Virus record (IMG/VR): IMGVR_UViG_3300021400_000080
Location: 1-64,000 of that record
Strand: one strand, 5' to 3'
Length of the DNA stretch: 64,000 nt
Origin: a virus
Taxonomy: Duplodnaviria; Caudoviricetes
Shown here: positions 44,161 to 54,470 of the stretch, piece by piece
Layout of the letters: every line of letters begins with the position of its first letter
Numbering within the stretch: the stretch's first letter is position 1
Notes under the pieces: model-generated
The model's database searches: none
What the model was told of the DNA's origin: nothing
What the model saw: the letters and a program-made list of their open reading frames with translations, nothing else
Program-made: the position numbers and the translations under genes

Positions 44161-45744
44161 ATGCTCAACAAGAAGATCGTATCCGTCCTCGCAGTCACGC
44201 TCATGCTGACTATGGGGGTCGGAGTTGTTTTCATCGGTAATGACGAGTCGGAGGCAGTCACGTCCGAAATGCCTGTTTCGTCAGTCGTGGGGGACGTGGA
44301 GACGTTGTTCTATACTTCCGTCCCGCCTGTACTGACAATGACTCAAAAGGTCGCTAACGGTACTTATTTCAATATCACCAACACATATAACGGACCTTGG
44401 GAATTTCTCATCAAAGGGATTAACGGCACGGCTACGGCAATCGGTTCGACTTCAGATGGCCTTCTTCATACTGCCCAGGGAATCTCTGGAACGTTATCGA
44501 CCAACCTGTCCACCCTTTCTATCGAGTGGGTGGCGCACAATGAGACAGAGGGAGTGGTTGAAGAAGAAGAATATTCATCTGTTTTCACCGTGGTAGACAC
44601 GGGAAGTTCGCAGAACAACCCCTATCTCGATACAATCTCCCTACCAGTCAAGATCTTCCAAATGACACAGGACTACTATGCTAACGTGGGAATCACGGTC
44701 AACCTCACCCACGAGACTGTGAACGGTCTTGAATACGGTGTGACTTCAGTCACATCTGGTTTCGGCTTGACTGTGGACAGCAACACTACAAGTCTATCGG
44801 GAACAATCTCGCACGCTGGAACGATTACCGTGGAGACTTATGTTACGGATGGACATGATATTGAGGAAGAAACTCACACAATCTACGTTACCGACTATAC
44901 TCACGCGGATGTCCGTATGATCGGAGGGGAGACGTGGACGTACACCCCCTCGACCAATATGACCTCTGTCCTGTCCATCTCCGGCACGGCTACCTCCTGG
45001 GTCTCCCTGACATCGGGAACGGTCAGTGGGACCGCGCCCACGAACACTTCCGTTGGGCAGACCTACGACCTCACCATAACCGCCTCGACCTCCGACCCCA
45101 ATCAGAACGTCACGCAGACGGTCACGTTCACCGTGGACCCGCAGATCACCCTGACCGCACCCGCCACTTACACCGTCCAGTTCGGCACGGATACCAGCAA
45201 CGTCCTCGGCAGCAACTTCGAGGACGGAACCAGGAACATCTACTCCATCACCGGGGGTACTGCCACGGGATTCACCGTGAACGCGGCAACGGGGGTATTG
45301 GGATGGAATAACCCCTCTGCGGGAACGATCACATTCACCGCTGCATCCCCCTACACATACACCAGCGGCGCGACCAACACGGCAACGGCTACCGTGGACG
45401 TGACCGTGACGGGTATCCTCACGGCATCCGTCTCCAGCACGCTCTACCTCGTTACGGGGAAAACGGTTCCCAACACCCCTGCCGAGGCAGTCACCCTCAA
45501 CCACAATGATGTCGGGGTTGGAACCTACACCTGGGCGGTCGTGGGAACGAACAACAGCGGAGTCACAGTGGCATCGGACGGCACATTGGGGGGTACTCCG
45601 GGAGCCGTCGGCAGCTACACCGTAACCATTCGCTGCACGTCCGTGGTAGGGAGTACGACACAGACCGCTGACACTACCCTCAACATCGTCATCGTCCAGG
45701 TCCTCGCTTTCACGTCCTTGCCCTCTTCGGGAACCGTCAGGTGA
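44161..45744 (+). CDS. Secreted Ig-like repeat (He_PIG-type) adhesin-like protein
   Basis: Signal peptide ending NDESEA; repeats such as VASDGTLGGTPGAVGSYTVTI. Confidence 0.75.
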   Translation: MLNKKIVSVLAVTLMLTMGVGVVFIGNDESEAVTSEMPVSSVVGDVETLFYTSVPPVLTMTQKVANGTYFNITNTYNGPWEFLIKGINGTATAIGSTSDGLLHTAQGISGTLSTNLSTLSIEWVAHNETEGVVEEEEYSSVFTVVDTGSSQNNPYLDTISLPVKIFQMTQDYYANVGITVNLTHETVNGLEYGVTSVTSGFGLTVDSNTTSLSGTISHAGTITVETYVTDGHDIEEETHTIYVTDYTHADVRMIGGETWTYTPSTNMTSVLSISGTATSWVSLTSGTVSGTAPTNTSVGQTYDLTITASTSDPNQNVTQTVTFTVDPQITLTAPATYTVQFGTDTSNVLGSNFEDGTRNIYSITGGTATGFTVNAATGVLGWNNPSAGTITFTAASPYTYTSGATNTATATVDVTVTGILTASVSSTLYLVTGKTVPNTPAEAVTLNHNDVGVGTYTWAVVGTNNSGVTVASDGTLGGTPGAVGSYTVTIRCTSVVGSTTQTADTTLNIVIVQVLAFTSLPSSGTVR

Positions 45745-45748
45745 CGGA

Positions 45749-46021
45749 ATGAAAGTGGATCCCGTAGCGATATTGGCCGTCGCCCTCTTCCTCGCGGGGA
45801 TGGCTGGCATAGCGATAGCGCACGCAGAAACCTACGACAACCCTCAAGACGAACCTAACCCCGTTGAACCGGAGATCGTGTCGCAGACGGAGGGATAGAC
45901 CCTCTACCGCCTTGACCTTCAGGGCGGTCCTCTCTACTACTACGAATGTGACACCGAGGACGGCACGATCACCAAGATAGTGGCGATAAAGACCGTCACG
46001 ATGGATATAGAAGTCGCGTAA
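45749..46021 (+). CDS. Small secreted/TM protein with in-frame TAG at codon 50 (45896-45898)
   Basis: MKVDPVAILAVALFLAG...QTEG*TLYRLDLQGGPLYYYECDTEDG...EVA-TAA; the TAA overlaps the AAACCTCTT end motif. Confidence 0.7.
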
Positions 46022-46121
46022 AACCTCTTAAAAATCCCCCTTCCTCAATATATCTATAATAAATGTTGCAGATAAGTTCAACATGGCATTGAACACGGCT
46101 TGTTCGTTGAATGAGCAAGGC

Positions 46122-49100
46122 ATGAGCATAAAATGGGTCGGTATCCTGATTTTAGGTATGGCCGCCCTATTTGGATGTATCGTAGCATTTGAATCGGATG
46201 ATGCGGATGCAGCTACCGCCAACCCCAATTATAGGGATGGGGATTGGGGTTATGATCTCGTTACGGAAAACGGTCTTACTACCGCCAAGATCGTATCATA
46301 CTCCGGAACAGGCGGGGGTGCGATAACCATCCCCACTACAATCGGAGGATATACCGTAACCCAGGTCGGTAAAAATGCAGACTACGGTAACAACAATGTT
46401 TTTGAACCGACATTGGTCGCAACCGATCTCATAATCCCCGATGGGATTTTGAAAATCAATAAGTTCGCATGTCAGAATCTTTCCAATTTCACGGGTACGT
46501 TAAGTCTCGGTAACACAGTAACTACGCTTGGGCTTAGTTGTTTTAGTAATGGTGGTTTTACAGGAACTCTGACACTGCCAAGAAGTATTACCACAATTAT
46601 TTATTCAACAGGTAATTACGCAGCATTTTACAATTGTGCCGGTTTCACGGAATTAGTTATCGAGAACGGTATGTCGGGGGACATCGGACATGATATGTTC
46701 CGTAATTGTACGGGATTCACGGGTGCATTGGTGATACCGGATAGTGTAACTTATATCGGAATGAGGGCATTTCAGGGTTGTTCCGGATTCACATCCTTGT
46801 CGATAGGATCCAACGTGACTACGATATATGATAGCGCATTTTACAATTGTACCGGATTCAAGGGCAGTCTCACGATTCCCGACAGTGTTACGACATTCGG
46901 AGGATATTATTCGAGTACCAACCAGGGTATATTCCAGAATTGCAGAGGATTCGACGGAGTATTGAAAATCGGTAATGGAATCACTAAAATTCCAGCAGCA
47001 TGTTTCATGAATTGCAGCGGATTCACCGAATTGATCTTAGGAAATTCCTTGACCGAGATTCAGGATTATTCGGATTATGGTGTATTTAAAGGTTGTACGG
47101 GATTGACGGGTAATCTTACGCTACCGAATACGCTTACCAAGATAGGTAACAGTGCGTTCGATGGATGCAGCGGCCTTACTGGAGCATTAGTGATACCCAA
47201 CAATGTAACATACATCGGATCAGTGGCTTTCAGGAATTGCAGCGGTTTCACTTCATTGACATTGAGTAACAGTCTTACCGAAATCAAGTCAAGTACGTTC
47301 AGCGGATGCACATCCATGACGGGTGATCTGATCATCCCTGACAGTGTGACAACCATATACTACCCATTCAGTTCTTCTTCTTCTACGAGCAGTCCTTTTT
47401 ACAATTGCGGTTTCGGAGGATCGTTGATTATAGGCGATGGACTTACAGCGGTTGGACAATACATGTTCGACGGATGCGTGTTCAACGATAATCTGGTTAT
47501 CGGAGATTCGATTACGGACATCCCATCTGGTGCATTTGCATGTTGTAAGACTGCGACAGGTACGCTTACCATCGGAAGCGGGGTTCAATCAATCGGAAAC
47601 AGCGTATTCTATCAGTATAAATTCACAGGGTCTCTCGTATTACCCAACGGTCTGAAAACCATCAGGGATCAGGCATTTGCTCAATGCACCGGATTCACGG
47701 GATCTCTTGTAATCCCGTCCACCGTGACAACGATCGGAGTCCATAGTTCATCCACATCAAATTCATCCGGAGCATTTAGAGGATGTACCGGATTCACGGG
47801 TGCATTGGTGATACCGGATAGCGTGACTTTACTCGGAGATAGGACATTCCAGGGATGCACGGGACTTACCGGAACATTGACGATAGGTACGGGGGTCACG
47901 GACATCAATCCGTATTGTTTCTATGGTTGTAAATTCACGGGTAATCTGAATATTCCCGGGAACGTGGTTAAGATTCTTGATTATGCGTTCGGCAACAATA
48001 CCGGATTCACATCCCTTACATTACAGGAAGGTCTCGATCTGATTTGGACCCGTGCATTTTCGGAGTGTACCGGGATGACGGGAGTGTTGGCAATACCTGA
48101 TTCCGTGACCACGTTGGGTCCGAAGTCGTATGCGAATGGTTGTTTCTACAATTGTTCCGGATTCACCGGACTGAACCTTGGAGACGGAGTGGAAATCATC
48201 GGGGATACCTGTTTCTGGAATTGTACCGCTATGGCAGGAAGTCTGATCATCCCGGATAGTGTGGAATATATCGGAAAGTGTGCATTTTATGAATGTGCCT
48301 TCGATGGTACTCTTACTATCGGGAATAATGTATCGGAGATAGGATACGGAGCATTTTACAGTTATAATCACGGATCGTTCATAGGCGATCTGGTAATCCC
48401 TGATAGTGTGACTGTGTTCGGGAATCCCAACAGTCAGGGTTATAATCAAGAGCCGATTTTCTGGTATGCGGGATTCACGGGTTCGCTGACTATCGGGAAC
48501 GGGATAACCGTCATTCCCCAAGGCACGTTCTATGGATGCGGATTCACAGGTACGCTTACCATCGGGAATAACGTGACACAGATAGGATCATACGATGGAA
48601 ATACAGGTGCTTTTGAGAATGTACCGTTCACAGGCGCATTGGTCATCCCGGATAGTGTGACTAAGATCATGGGACGTTCATTCAAGGGATGCAGCGGATT
48701 CACGACATTATCCCTCGGTTCGGGATTGACACAGATCACGGGATATGATACATTTAGGGATTGCACCGGATTCACGGGTGCATTGGTGATACCCGATACC
48801 GTCCAGTATCTCGGACCCAAAAATACATCAGGTACTACCTTTACAGGAGGTCGTGCGTTCATGGGATGTACGGGATTCACATTCCTTACCATCGGTAAGA
48901 ATGTGGAACTCATCGGACCCGGAACGTTCAGTGGATGTACGGGATTCAGAGGGGACCTGGTGATTCCCGACAGTGTTGTAGAGATCGCGTATGGATCATA
49001 TTATCATCCGGATACAACCACTCCCTTCTATAATTGCGGATTCGACGGTTCGCTCATCATCGGAGACGGGTTGTCAGCTGTTTATGACTATATGTTCAAC

Positions 49101-50087
49101 GGCTGTGCGTTCCAGAACGACCTTGTAATCGGAGATTCCATCGTAGGTATTCCCATAGGTACTTTTGACAGTTGCAGGAATTGTACGGGTACTCTGACCC
49201 TGGGAAACGGTCTGAAATCAATAGAGAGACAAGCGTTCAGCGGTTATAAATTCACAGGGGAATTGATACTTCCCGAAGGAATGACTGAATTGAAATACGG
49301 TGCTTTTGAGAATTGCAAGGGATTCACGGGACCTCTTGTCATTCCGGATAGCATGATAACCTTGGGTAATAACAATTCATCGAATAATGATGGGGTATTC
49401 GCAGGTTGTTCCGGATTCACATCCCTTGTCCTCGGCAGCTCGCTTGAGATGATAGGCCGCAGTACTTTTGCATCATGCACCGGTATGACAGGCGATCTGA
49501 TAATCCCGGATAGCGTGACTGTGATCGGATACAATGCGTTCAACGGTTGTTCATTCACATCATTGGATATAGGCAGCGGATTAACGTCCATTCCCGGACA
49601 GGCATTTTACGGAAATAAATTCGCAGGAACACTGGTGATCCCGGATAATATACAGACGATAGCAAGCCACGCATTTTATTTCAATAATAATTCAAGAGTG
49701 GATACATTGGTGTTGGGTAGGGGACTCACATCCATCGGAACTTACTCATTCGATACAGCGTATGCAGCACAATCCAGACTGGATAATATCGTGGCATTAT
49801 CCGACCCCACTATCGGCACGGGTGCGTTCAGAGGATCAACAGTATCCCAAATCCTGAATCTGACTGGTTCGGATCTGACCAATGTCGTACCTGGAAACGG
49901 AGACATCCCCTCGACAGCTACGATCCGCACAGCTTTCGAGGATACGGCTATGCTCCAACACACTACCGAGACCATCGTGGTAGATAAAGAAGGGATGGAA
50001 TACAGTATCATGCGGGTGATCCCGATTATAATGGCATTGGCAATACTGATCGGGGTTGCATATTACATCAGGGGGAATAAGATATGA
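46122..50087 (+). CDS. BspA-type (LRR_5) leucine-rich repeat adhesin ending in a capsid-like helix
   Basis: Dozens of LxIPDSVTxIGxxAFxxCxGFTG repeats; signal ...SDDADA; C-terminus SIMRVIPIIMALAILIGVAY. Confidence 0.9.
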   Translation: MSIKWVGILILGMAALFGCIVAFESDDADAATANPNYRDGDWGYDLVTENGLTTAKIVSYSGTGGGAITIPTTIGGYTVTQVGKNADYGNNNVFEPTLVATDLIIPDGILKINKFACQNLSNFTGTLSLGNTVTTLGLSCFSNGGFTGTLTLPRSITTIIYSTGNYAAFYNCAGFTELVIENGMSGDIGHDMFRNCTGFTGALVIPDSVTYIGMRAFQGCSGFTSLSIGSNVTTIYDSAFYNCTGFKGSLTIPDSVTTFGGYYSSTNQGIFQNCRGFDGVLKIGNGITKIPAACFMNCSGFTELILGNSLTEIQDYSDYGVFKGCTGLTGNLTLPNTLTKIGNSAFDGCSGLTGALVIPNNVTYIGSVAFRNCSGFTSLTLSNSLTEIKSSTFSGCTSMTGDLIIPDSVTTIYYPFSSSSSTSSPFYNCGFGGSLIIGDGLTAVGQYMFDGCVFNDNLVIGDSITDIPSGAFACCKTATGTLTIGSGVQSIGNSVFYQYKFTGSLVLPNGLKTIRDQAFAQCTGFTGSLVIPSTVTTIGVHSSSTSNSSGAFRGCTGFTGALVIPDSVTLLGDRTFQGCTGLTGTLTIGTGVTDINPYCFYGCKFTGNLNIPGNVVKILDYAFGNNTGFTSLTLQEGLDLIWTRAFSECTGMTGVLAIPDSVTTLGPKSYANGCFYNCSGFTGLNLGDGVEIIGDTCFWNCTAMAGSLIIPDSVEYIGKCAFYECAFDGTLTIGNNVSEIGYGAFYSYNHGSFIGDLVIPDSVTVFGNPNSQGYNQEPIFWYAGFTGSLTIGNGITVIPQGTFYGCGFTGTLTIGNNVTQIGSYDGNTGAFENVPFTGALVIPDSVTKIMGRSFKGCSGFTTLSLGSGLTQITGYDTFRDCTGFTGALVIPDTVQYLGPKNTSGTTFTGGRAFMGCTGFTFLTIGKNVELIGPGTFSGCTGFRGDLVIPDSVVEIAYGSYYHPDTTTPFYNCGFDGSLIIGDGLSAVYDYMFNGCAFQNDLVIGDSIVGIPIGTFDSCRNCTGTLTLGNGLKSIERQAFSGYKFTGELILPEGMTELKYGAFENCKGFTGPLVIPDSMITLGNNNSSNNDGVFAGCSGFTSLVLGSSLEMIGRSTFASCTGMTGDLIIPDSVTVIGYNAFNGCSFTSLDIGSGLTSIPGQAFYGNKFAGTLVIPDNIQTIASHAFYFNNNSRVDTLVLGRGLTSIGTYSFDTAYAAQSRLDNIVALSDPTIGTGAFRGSTVSQILNLTGSDLTNVVPGNGDIPSTATIRTAFEDTAMLQHTTETIVVDKEGMEYSIMRVIPIIMALAILIGVAYYIRGNKI

Positions 50088-50785
50088 GCCAAGAGGAACT
50101 GTCCAATAACATAGCCGGTATCGCGGTGTGCGTGGTCGTGTTCGCGGTCATAGCCATACCGATCTTCTACGGACTTACCACCGAACCGTATACCAATGTG
50201 AATGAAGATGCGATAGGTGAATTACGTCTCGGATACCAGGAACAGGTTTTCAGGGAGGAGATCATAGAAGCCGAGACGGAGGAAGAAGAGGACGAAGTGA
50301 TATTGGTCGATATTACTGCCTATGTTGCAAAATCGTATCTCTTCACGATCAACGGAGATACTATATCGGTATCGGGTGATTGGACGGGCGAATTATCCTT
50401 GTCCGACAATCAGATCATCATCGGCTCCGACAATTACCAATTGACCATCCAGTACGGAAAACTGATCGAGTCTGTCGATGGATATGGTGTGGAAGTGTTT
50501 TCACCCCTCCAAGTGTCCATCCACGACGGTTCCGTGAAGGATGTTCCGTACACGTTCCTCTATTATCCGGATGCGAAAGGCCCGTATGCCAATTACCAAT
50601 CCTATCGGTATGACATCACCGACCACTATTCTGTCGGAACATTCGCAGGGGTAACGGTTTCCGCGATCAATGACGAGGTAAAGGGCGATAACCAATACGG
50701 TTTCGGAGCCGAGACACAGACCGAAGATGGTACAACGACCGGAGTGGTATATTCGCCAAGAACGGAAGAACAGACCGAATCGTAA
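50084..50785 (+). CDS. Membrane protein beginning with capsid-like helix 1
   Basis: IAGIAVCVVVFAVIAIPIF; no second TM. Confidence 0.75.
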   Translation: MSQEELSNNIAGIAVCVVVFAVIAIPIFYGLTTEPYTNVNEDAIGELRLGYQEQVFREEIIEAETEEEEDEVILVDITAYVAKSYLFTINGDTISVSGDWTGELSLSDNQIIIGSDNYQLTIQYGKLIESVDGYGVEVFSPLQVSIHDGSVKDVPYTFLYYPDAKGPYANYQSYRYDITDHYSVGTFAGVTVSAINDEVKGDNQYGFGAETQTEDGTTTGVVYSPRTEEQTES

Positions 50786-50871
50786 ACCTCTTACCCCCCT
50801 ACGGGGGATTTATATTCTATCACCATAATTTCCGTTCCATAGGGTATTTATAACCTTACGAGGCCGAGAAT

Positions 50872-52830
50872 ATGGCAGAAGAAAAGAGCATAACGAGTAT
50901 GGCGATCACCGTGGTCATCGCGTTGGTCGTGACATGCACCGTACTCTTCCCGGTCATCAACAGTGTTAATGATGGCGGGAACGGGGGAGGCAGCGGAGGT
51001 GGAAGTGCAGTAGGGTCCGCAGCCGGTCCGCTGACCTACACCAACGAGGGGGACTACTACTACCAGGATTATGATAAGGCAACGGCAGATGCTATGGCGA
51101 TCAGTATGTCCTTGTCCAGTGGCAGCGATGTCGGAATGAGCATCAATGTAGGGGGAGATGTGATCAACACCCCCACATATCCTGCAACCTGGACATCAGC
51201 AGTAGGAGACCCCAACGAATGTCAGATTATTCTGCCTCTCTTATACATCGAGCAAATTCCTGGGAATTTTAGCGGAATTTTGATGTATCTCAACGGGCAT
51301 TATGAACTGCCTGGTCCTGCATATACATTCGACATATGTTTCCTTGCAACTGGGACATCCGGCGGGAATCCGATGGCGATTTCGATGGGTATGCCACTCA
51401 CTAACGAGATGCTTGCAGGGGTTACATCGGTAAACACACTTTTGGGATTGTTGCCATTCTTCCCTCCAGGTACAACGATAAGTTACGATACCATTCGCCT
51501 ACTGGCTTCTGAAGGAGATTATGTTTCAGCCAAGAATCCTGTGGTCGGGAACGAAAGCGATGCGTGGCTGTTCAATGCAACGTATGATTATTCCTGGGAT
51601 GAAAGTGAGATTTACGGCATATACAAGTATTATGTATGGTGGATTGATGGTGTGGAGACTCATACCGAGATTTCATACAATGGTGGATCCGGATACAGCC
51701 AGTATGGGAACGATCCTACAATAGTCGTGAACAGATCTACAATCAACGATTTGTCAAGAGTGGATAGCTTCACGGTCCAGTATGTCGGAACTTCCTCTGA
51801 TCGTCACGCGTATCTCGATTATTCCGATGTTTATGCGATTATACCTAAGACCGTAGAATACACGCTTGCATCGGGCGATAATTCAGATAATGTGACCGCA
51901 CATGCGACATATTATGAGACTGCACCTAATCTGAATATCGCAGTGTCCTATACCACGGAAACACGCGAGGCCGCTGTTTGGGGTGAAACTAATACTGTGA
52001 CTTCAGTTGATACTCTTACATTATCCTATGACGGACATTCAATCACAGTCGATAACCGCGCTAATCTTAATGAGTATTTCACCAGGATGGCGAGTGCAAC
52101 GACCAATGATGAGTGGACCGAGATAGATAATTGGATGTATTCGGTTAATTCTGTTCCTATCTTATTCAATCCACCTATCAATAATGAGACAAGTTCGTTG
52201 AGTGATAGGATAGTCACGATTTGGCTACCTTATGCAGTGCCACAAGGGGAGTTTGAAAATGTTTCTTCCGACATACCCACCTCAATATCCATTACCCCTA
52301 CGCAGGTCACTGTAACATCGCCTAACGACTCGCGGGATTATCCCATAGATGGCCCGTGCTATATTATCAGTGACACGGGGGATTACGGAGTATTCACCCA
52401 AAACAATCTGTCCGAGGGAGTTTATGTGGGTTCCGATATTCTGACCGATTTCAACGGCCCTATTACCGGACAAGATTCGGTTTTGAGATTCGTTCAGATA
52501 TTCAATATGAATTTCAGTACGAGTATGTATGAGACTTCCTCACGTCTCCAGGACACCTATGCCTTGACCATCGAGGACGGTATGCTCAAGGACATAGGAT
52601 GGGAGGGAGGATACAGGCAGACGGGCAACAATCCCATGGCCGAATACGGACACATCTCCGCGCAGTATGTCATTCTGCCCTTATCCGCAGACAACGGTTC
52701 GGGAGGCGGTTCCTCCGGCAACGGAAACCTCGGAGTAGCCGGAACGATCCTCGCGGTCGTACCAATCTTCGTGGTCCTGGGCATCCTAATGTATGCCGTC
52801 CAGTATTTCCGCGATCCCCGGAAGCTTTGA
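50872..52830 (+). CDS. Capsid-like hairpin with a ~570 aa inserted passenger domain
   Basis: Helix 1 + GGNGGGSGGGS linker + passenger + GSGGGSSGNG linker + helix 2 (TILAVVPIFVVLGILM). Confidence 0.8.
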   Translation: MAEEKSITSMAITVVIALVVTCTVLFPVINSVNDGGNGGGSGGGSAVGSAAGPLTYTNEGDYYYQDYDKATADAMAISMSLSSGSDVGMSINVGGDVINTPTYPATWTSAVGDPNECQIILPLLYIEQIPGNFSGILMYLNGHYELPGPAYTFDICFLATGTSGGNPMAISMGMPLTNEMLAGVTSVNTLLGLLPFFPPGTTISYDTIRLLASEGDYVSAKNPVVGNESDAWLFNATYDYSWDESEIYGIYKYYVWWIDGVETHTEISYNGGSGYSQYGNDPTIVVNRSTINDLSRVDSFTVQYVGTSSDRHAYLDYSDVYAIIPKTVEYTLASGDNSDNVTAHATYYETAPNLNIAVSYTTETREAAVWGETNTVTSVDTLTLSYDGHSITVDNRANLNEYFTRMASATTNDEWTEIDNWMYSVNSVPILFNPPINNETSSLSDRIVTIWLPYAVPQGEFENVSSDIPTSISITPTQVTVTSPNDSRDYPIDGPCYIISDTGDYGVFTQNNLSEGVYVGSDILTDFNGPITGQDSVLRFVQIFNMNFSTSMYETSSRLQDTYALTIEDGMLKDIGWEGGYRQTGNNPMAEYGHISAQYVILPLSADNGSGGGSSGNGNLGVAGTILAVVPIFVVLGILMYAVQYFRDPRKL

Positions 52831-52895
52831 AACCTCTTACCCCCTATGGGGGTTCATGGGATAATCTAATATCCGACAACCCTGTTTTTCACATT

Positions 52896-53156
52896 ATGAG
52901 ATATATCCTGTCATATTCGGATAAAGCTGCGGAACAGATAGACGGCACGGCAACCTTCGACGATCTGGACAAGGCGAGGAAGAGGGCATGCTCCCTGCTC
53001 CGCGCGGAATCGCTGGTGCGCGTGCATCTGTTCCGCAACGGACGTTATATGGGGTGGGTATCGCACAACACGGCCTACAACTGGTTCCCCCATCACGACG
53101 GTCAGAAGGAGTGGGAAGTCTATCAACTCGACCCCGCAACGGGCAAGGTCGTGTAA
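52896..53156 (+). CDS. Small basic protein (paralog family)
   Basis: FDDLDKARKRAC. Confidence 0.65.
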   Translation: MRYILSYSDKAAEQIDGTATFDDLDKARKRACSLLRAESLVRVHLFRNGRYMGWVSHNTAYNWFPHHDGQKEWEVYQLDPATGKVV

Positions 53157-53189
53157 GACGTTTTTATACCGCAATTGGGATATGAGTCT

Positions 53190-53705
53190 ATGGACATGCA
53201 GAAGAGCATCAACCCCATCATACTGGCATTTATCGGTATGGTCATAGTGGGTATGCTCCTGATCCCGTTCCTGCTGGATGTCACCCATGAGCCGGACATC
53301 AACCAGGGCAGTACGGTCAGTTACCAACCCCGTACCAACCTCGATGCCGACTTCACCTATTCGGGTACGCTGCTCGAACATTCGCAGTACACTATCGACC
53401 CGGAGACGGACGGGATAACGATCACATTCACCGAAGAGGGAACATTCACCCTTATAGTGACCGCGACATCCCATAACCCCTATCAGACCGCCACACAGAC
53501 GATAGAATACGAAGTAGGGGAATACGGGGAATACCACGATTACAAACCGCTGCTGCTCCTCGTTCCCACTATGTTCCTCGTAGCGTTCATGATGCTGGTC
53601 CTCGGACGTAAATCAGGCGGTGACGGGTTCGGGGATGACTCCGGGTTCGGAGGGGGATCGGACATCGCCGGGAAGTTCGGCAGAGGCGGATTCGGGAAAC
53701 GCTGA
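53190..53705 (+). CDS. Capsid-like hairpin with a single Ig-like insert and Gly/Phe-rich tail
   Basis: Helix 1 (LLIPF), Ig domain like that in 44161-45744, helix 2 (LLLLVPTMFLV). Confidence 0.7.
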   Translation: MDMQKSINPIILAFIGMVIVGMLLIPFLLDVTHEPDINQGSTVSYQPRTNLDADFTYSGTLLEHSQYTIDPETDGITITFTEEGTFTLIVTATSHNPYQTATQTIEYEVGEYGEYHDYKPLLLLVPTMFLVAFMMLVLGRKSGGDGFGDDSGFGGGSDIAGKFGRGGFGKR

Positions 53706-53773
53706 TACCGTTCATCTTATATATGGTCGGGAACGATTAATCTGCATAGAACCTACAAGGTTTGGTGATTAAT

Positions 53774-54109
53774 ATGGCAGAGACCAAATATGCGGTTGTC
53801 AAGGGATTGAGTTGTAACGATCCCTCTAAATTGAAGAAGATGACCTTGACTGAGGCGCGTATAGAAGCGTGCAGACTGGCGAAAAAGCATCTTAATTCTC
53901 ACACGAGGATCGGTATTTTCGCAGAGGACAAATATCACATCTCCGGCGGCAGATATATGCCGAAATGTATTGAGGATGTGCGTTATGTTGATGATGGGAT
54001 AGGCCGTAAGGGGTTCTATCTGCTTCAGTGGGAAAAGAACAGGAATTATAGGGTATCCCCTACATCCGGACGTTTGATGGATTACAGCCGCGAGTGGAAG
54101 TACATTTGA
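53774..54109 (+). CDS. Small basic protein (paralog family)
   Basis: MTLTEARIEAC. Confidence 0.7.
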   Translation: MAETKYAVVKGLSCNDPSKLKKMTLTEARIEACRLAKKHLNSHTRIGIFAEDKYHISGGRYMPKCIEDVRYVDDGIGRKGFYLLQWEKNRNYRVSPTSGRLMDYSREWKYI

Positions 54110-54119
54110 GGCGAAAGAT

Positions 54120-54461
54120 ATGGCGAAACGCGGCTCCGATCTGCTCCCCCACAATGCGCCCGGTTATGTCTGGAAACTCGGTTCGAGGTTCGGCACGGGG
54201 AAGAAGATGACCTACGGTCAGTACCTCAAGACGGGCAGCGGATTCAGTTGGGGAGGTCAGGACGGTCCGCAGATAACGAGGGATCGTAAGGTCTACAACT
54301 ACTCCGATGAGTTCATAACCAAGACCTATCGTGGCGAGGAATATGTGTTCTACTCCGTCCAGGTGTATGTGGATGGTTCCCGCAGATACATCCTACCCGG
54401 AACAAGGACGGGAAGAGGATACAAGGACTGGAAGAAGGACGGCATCGTGAGGTTCTATTAA
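54120..54461 (+). CDS. Hypothetical G/Y/K-rich protein
   Basis: 113 aa. Confidence 0.7.
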   Translation: MAKRGSDLLPHNAPGYVWKLGSRFGTGKKMTYGQYLKTGSGFSWGGQDGPQITRDRKVYNYSDEFITKTYRGEEYVFYSVQVYVDGSRRYILPGTRTGRGYKDWKKDGIVRFY

Positions 54462-54470
54462 GGTGAAGAT

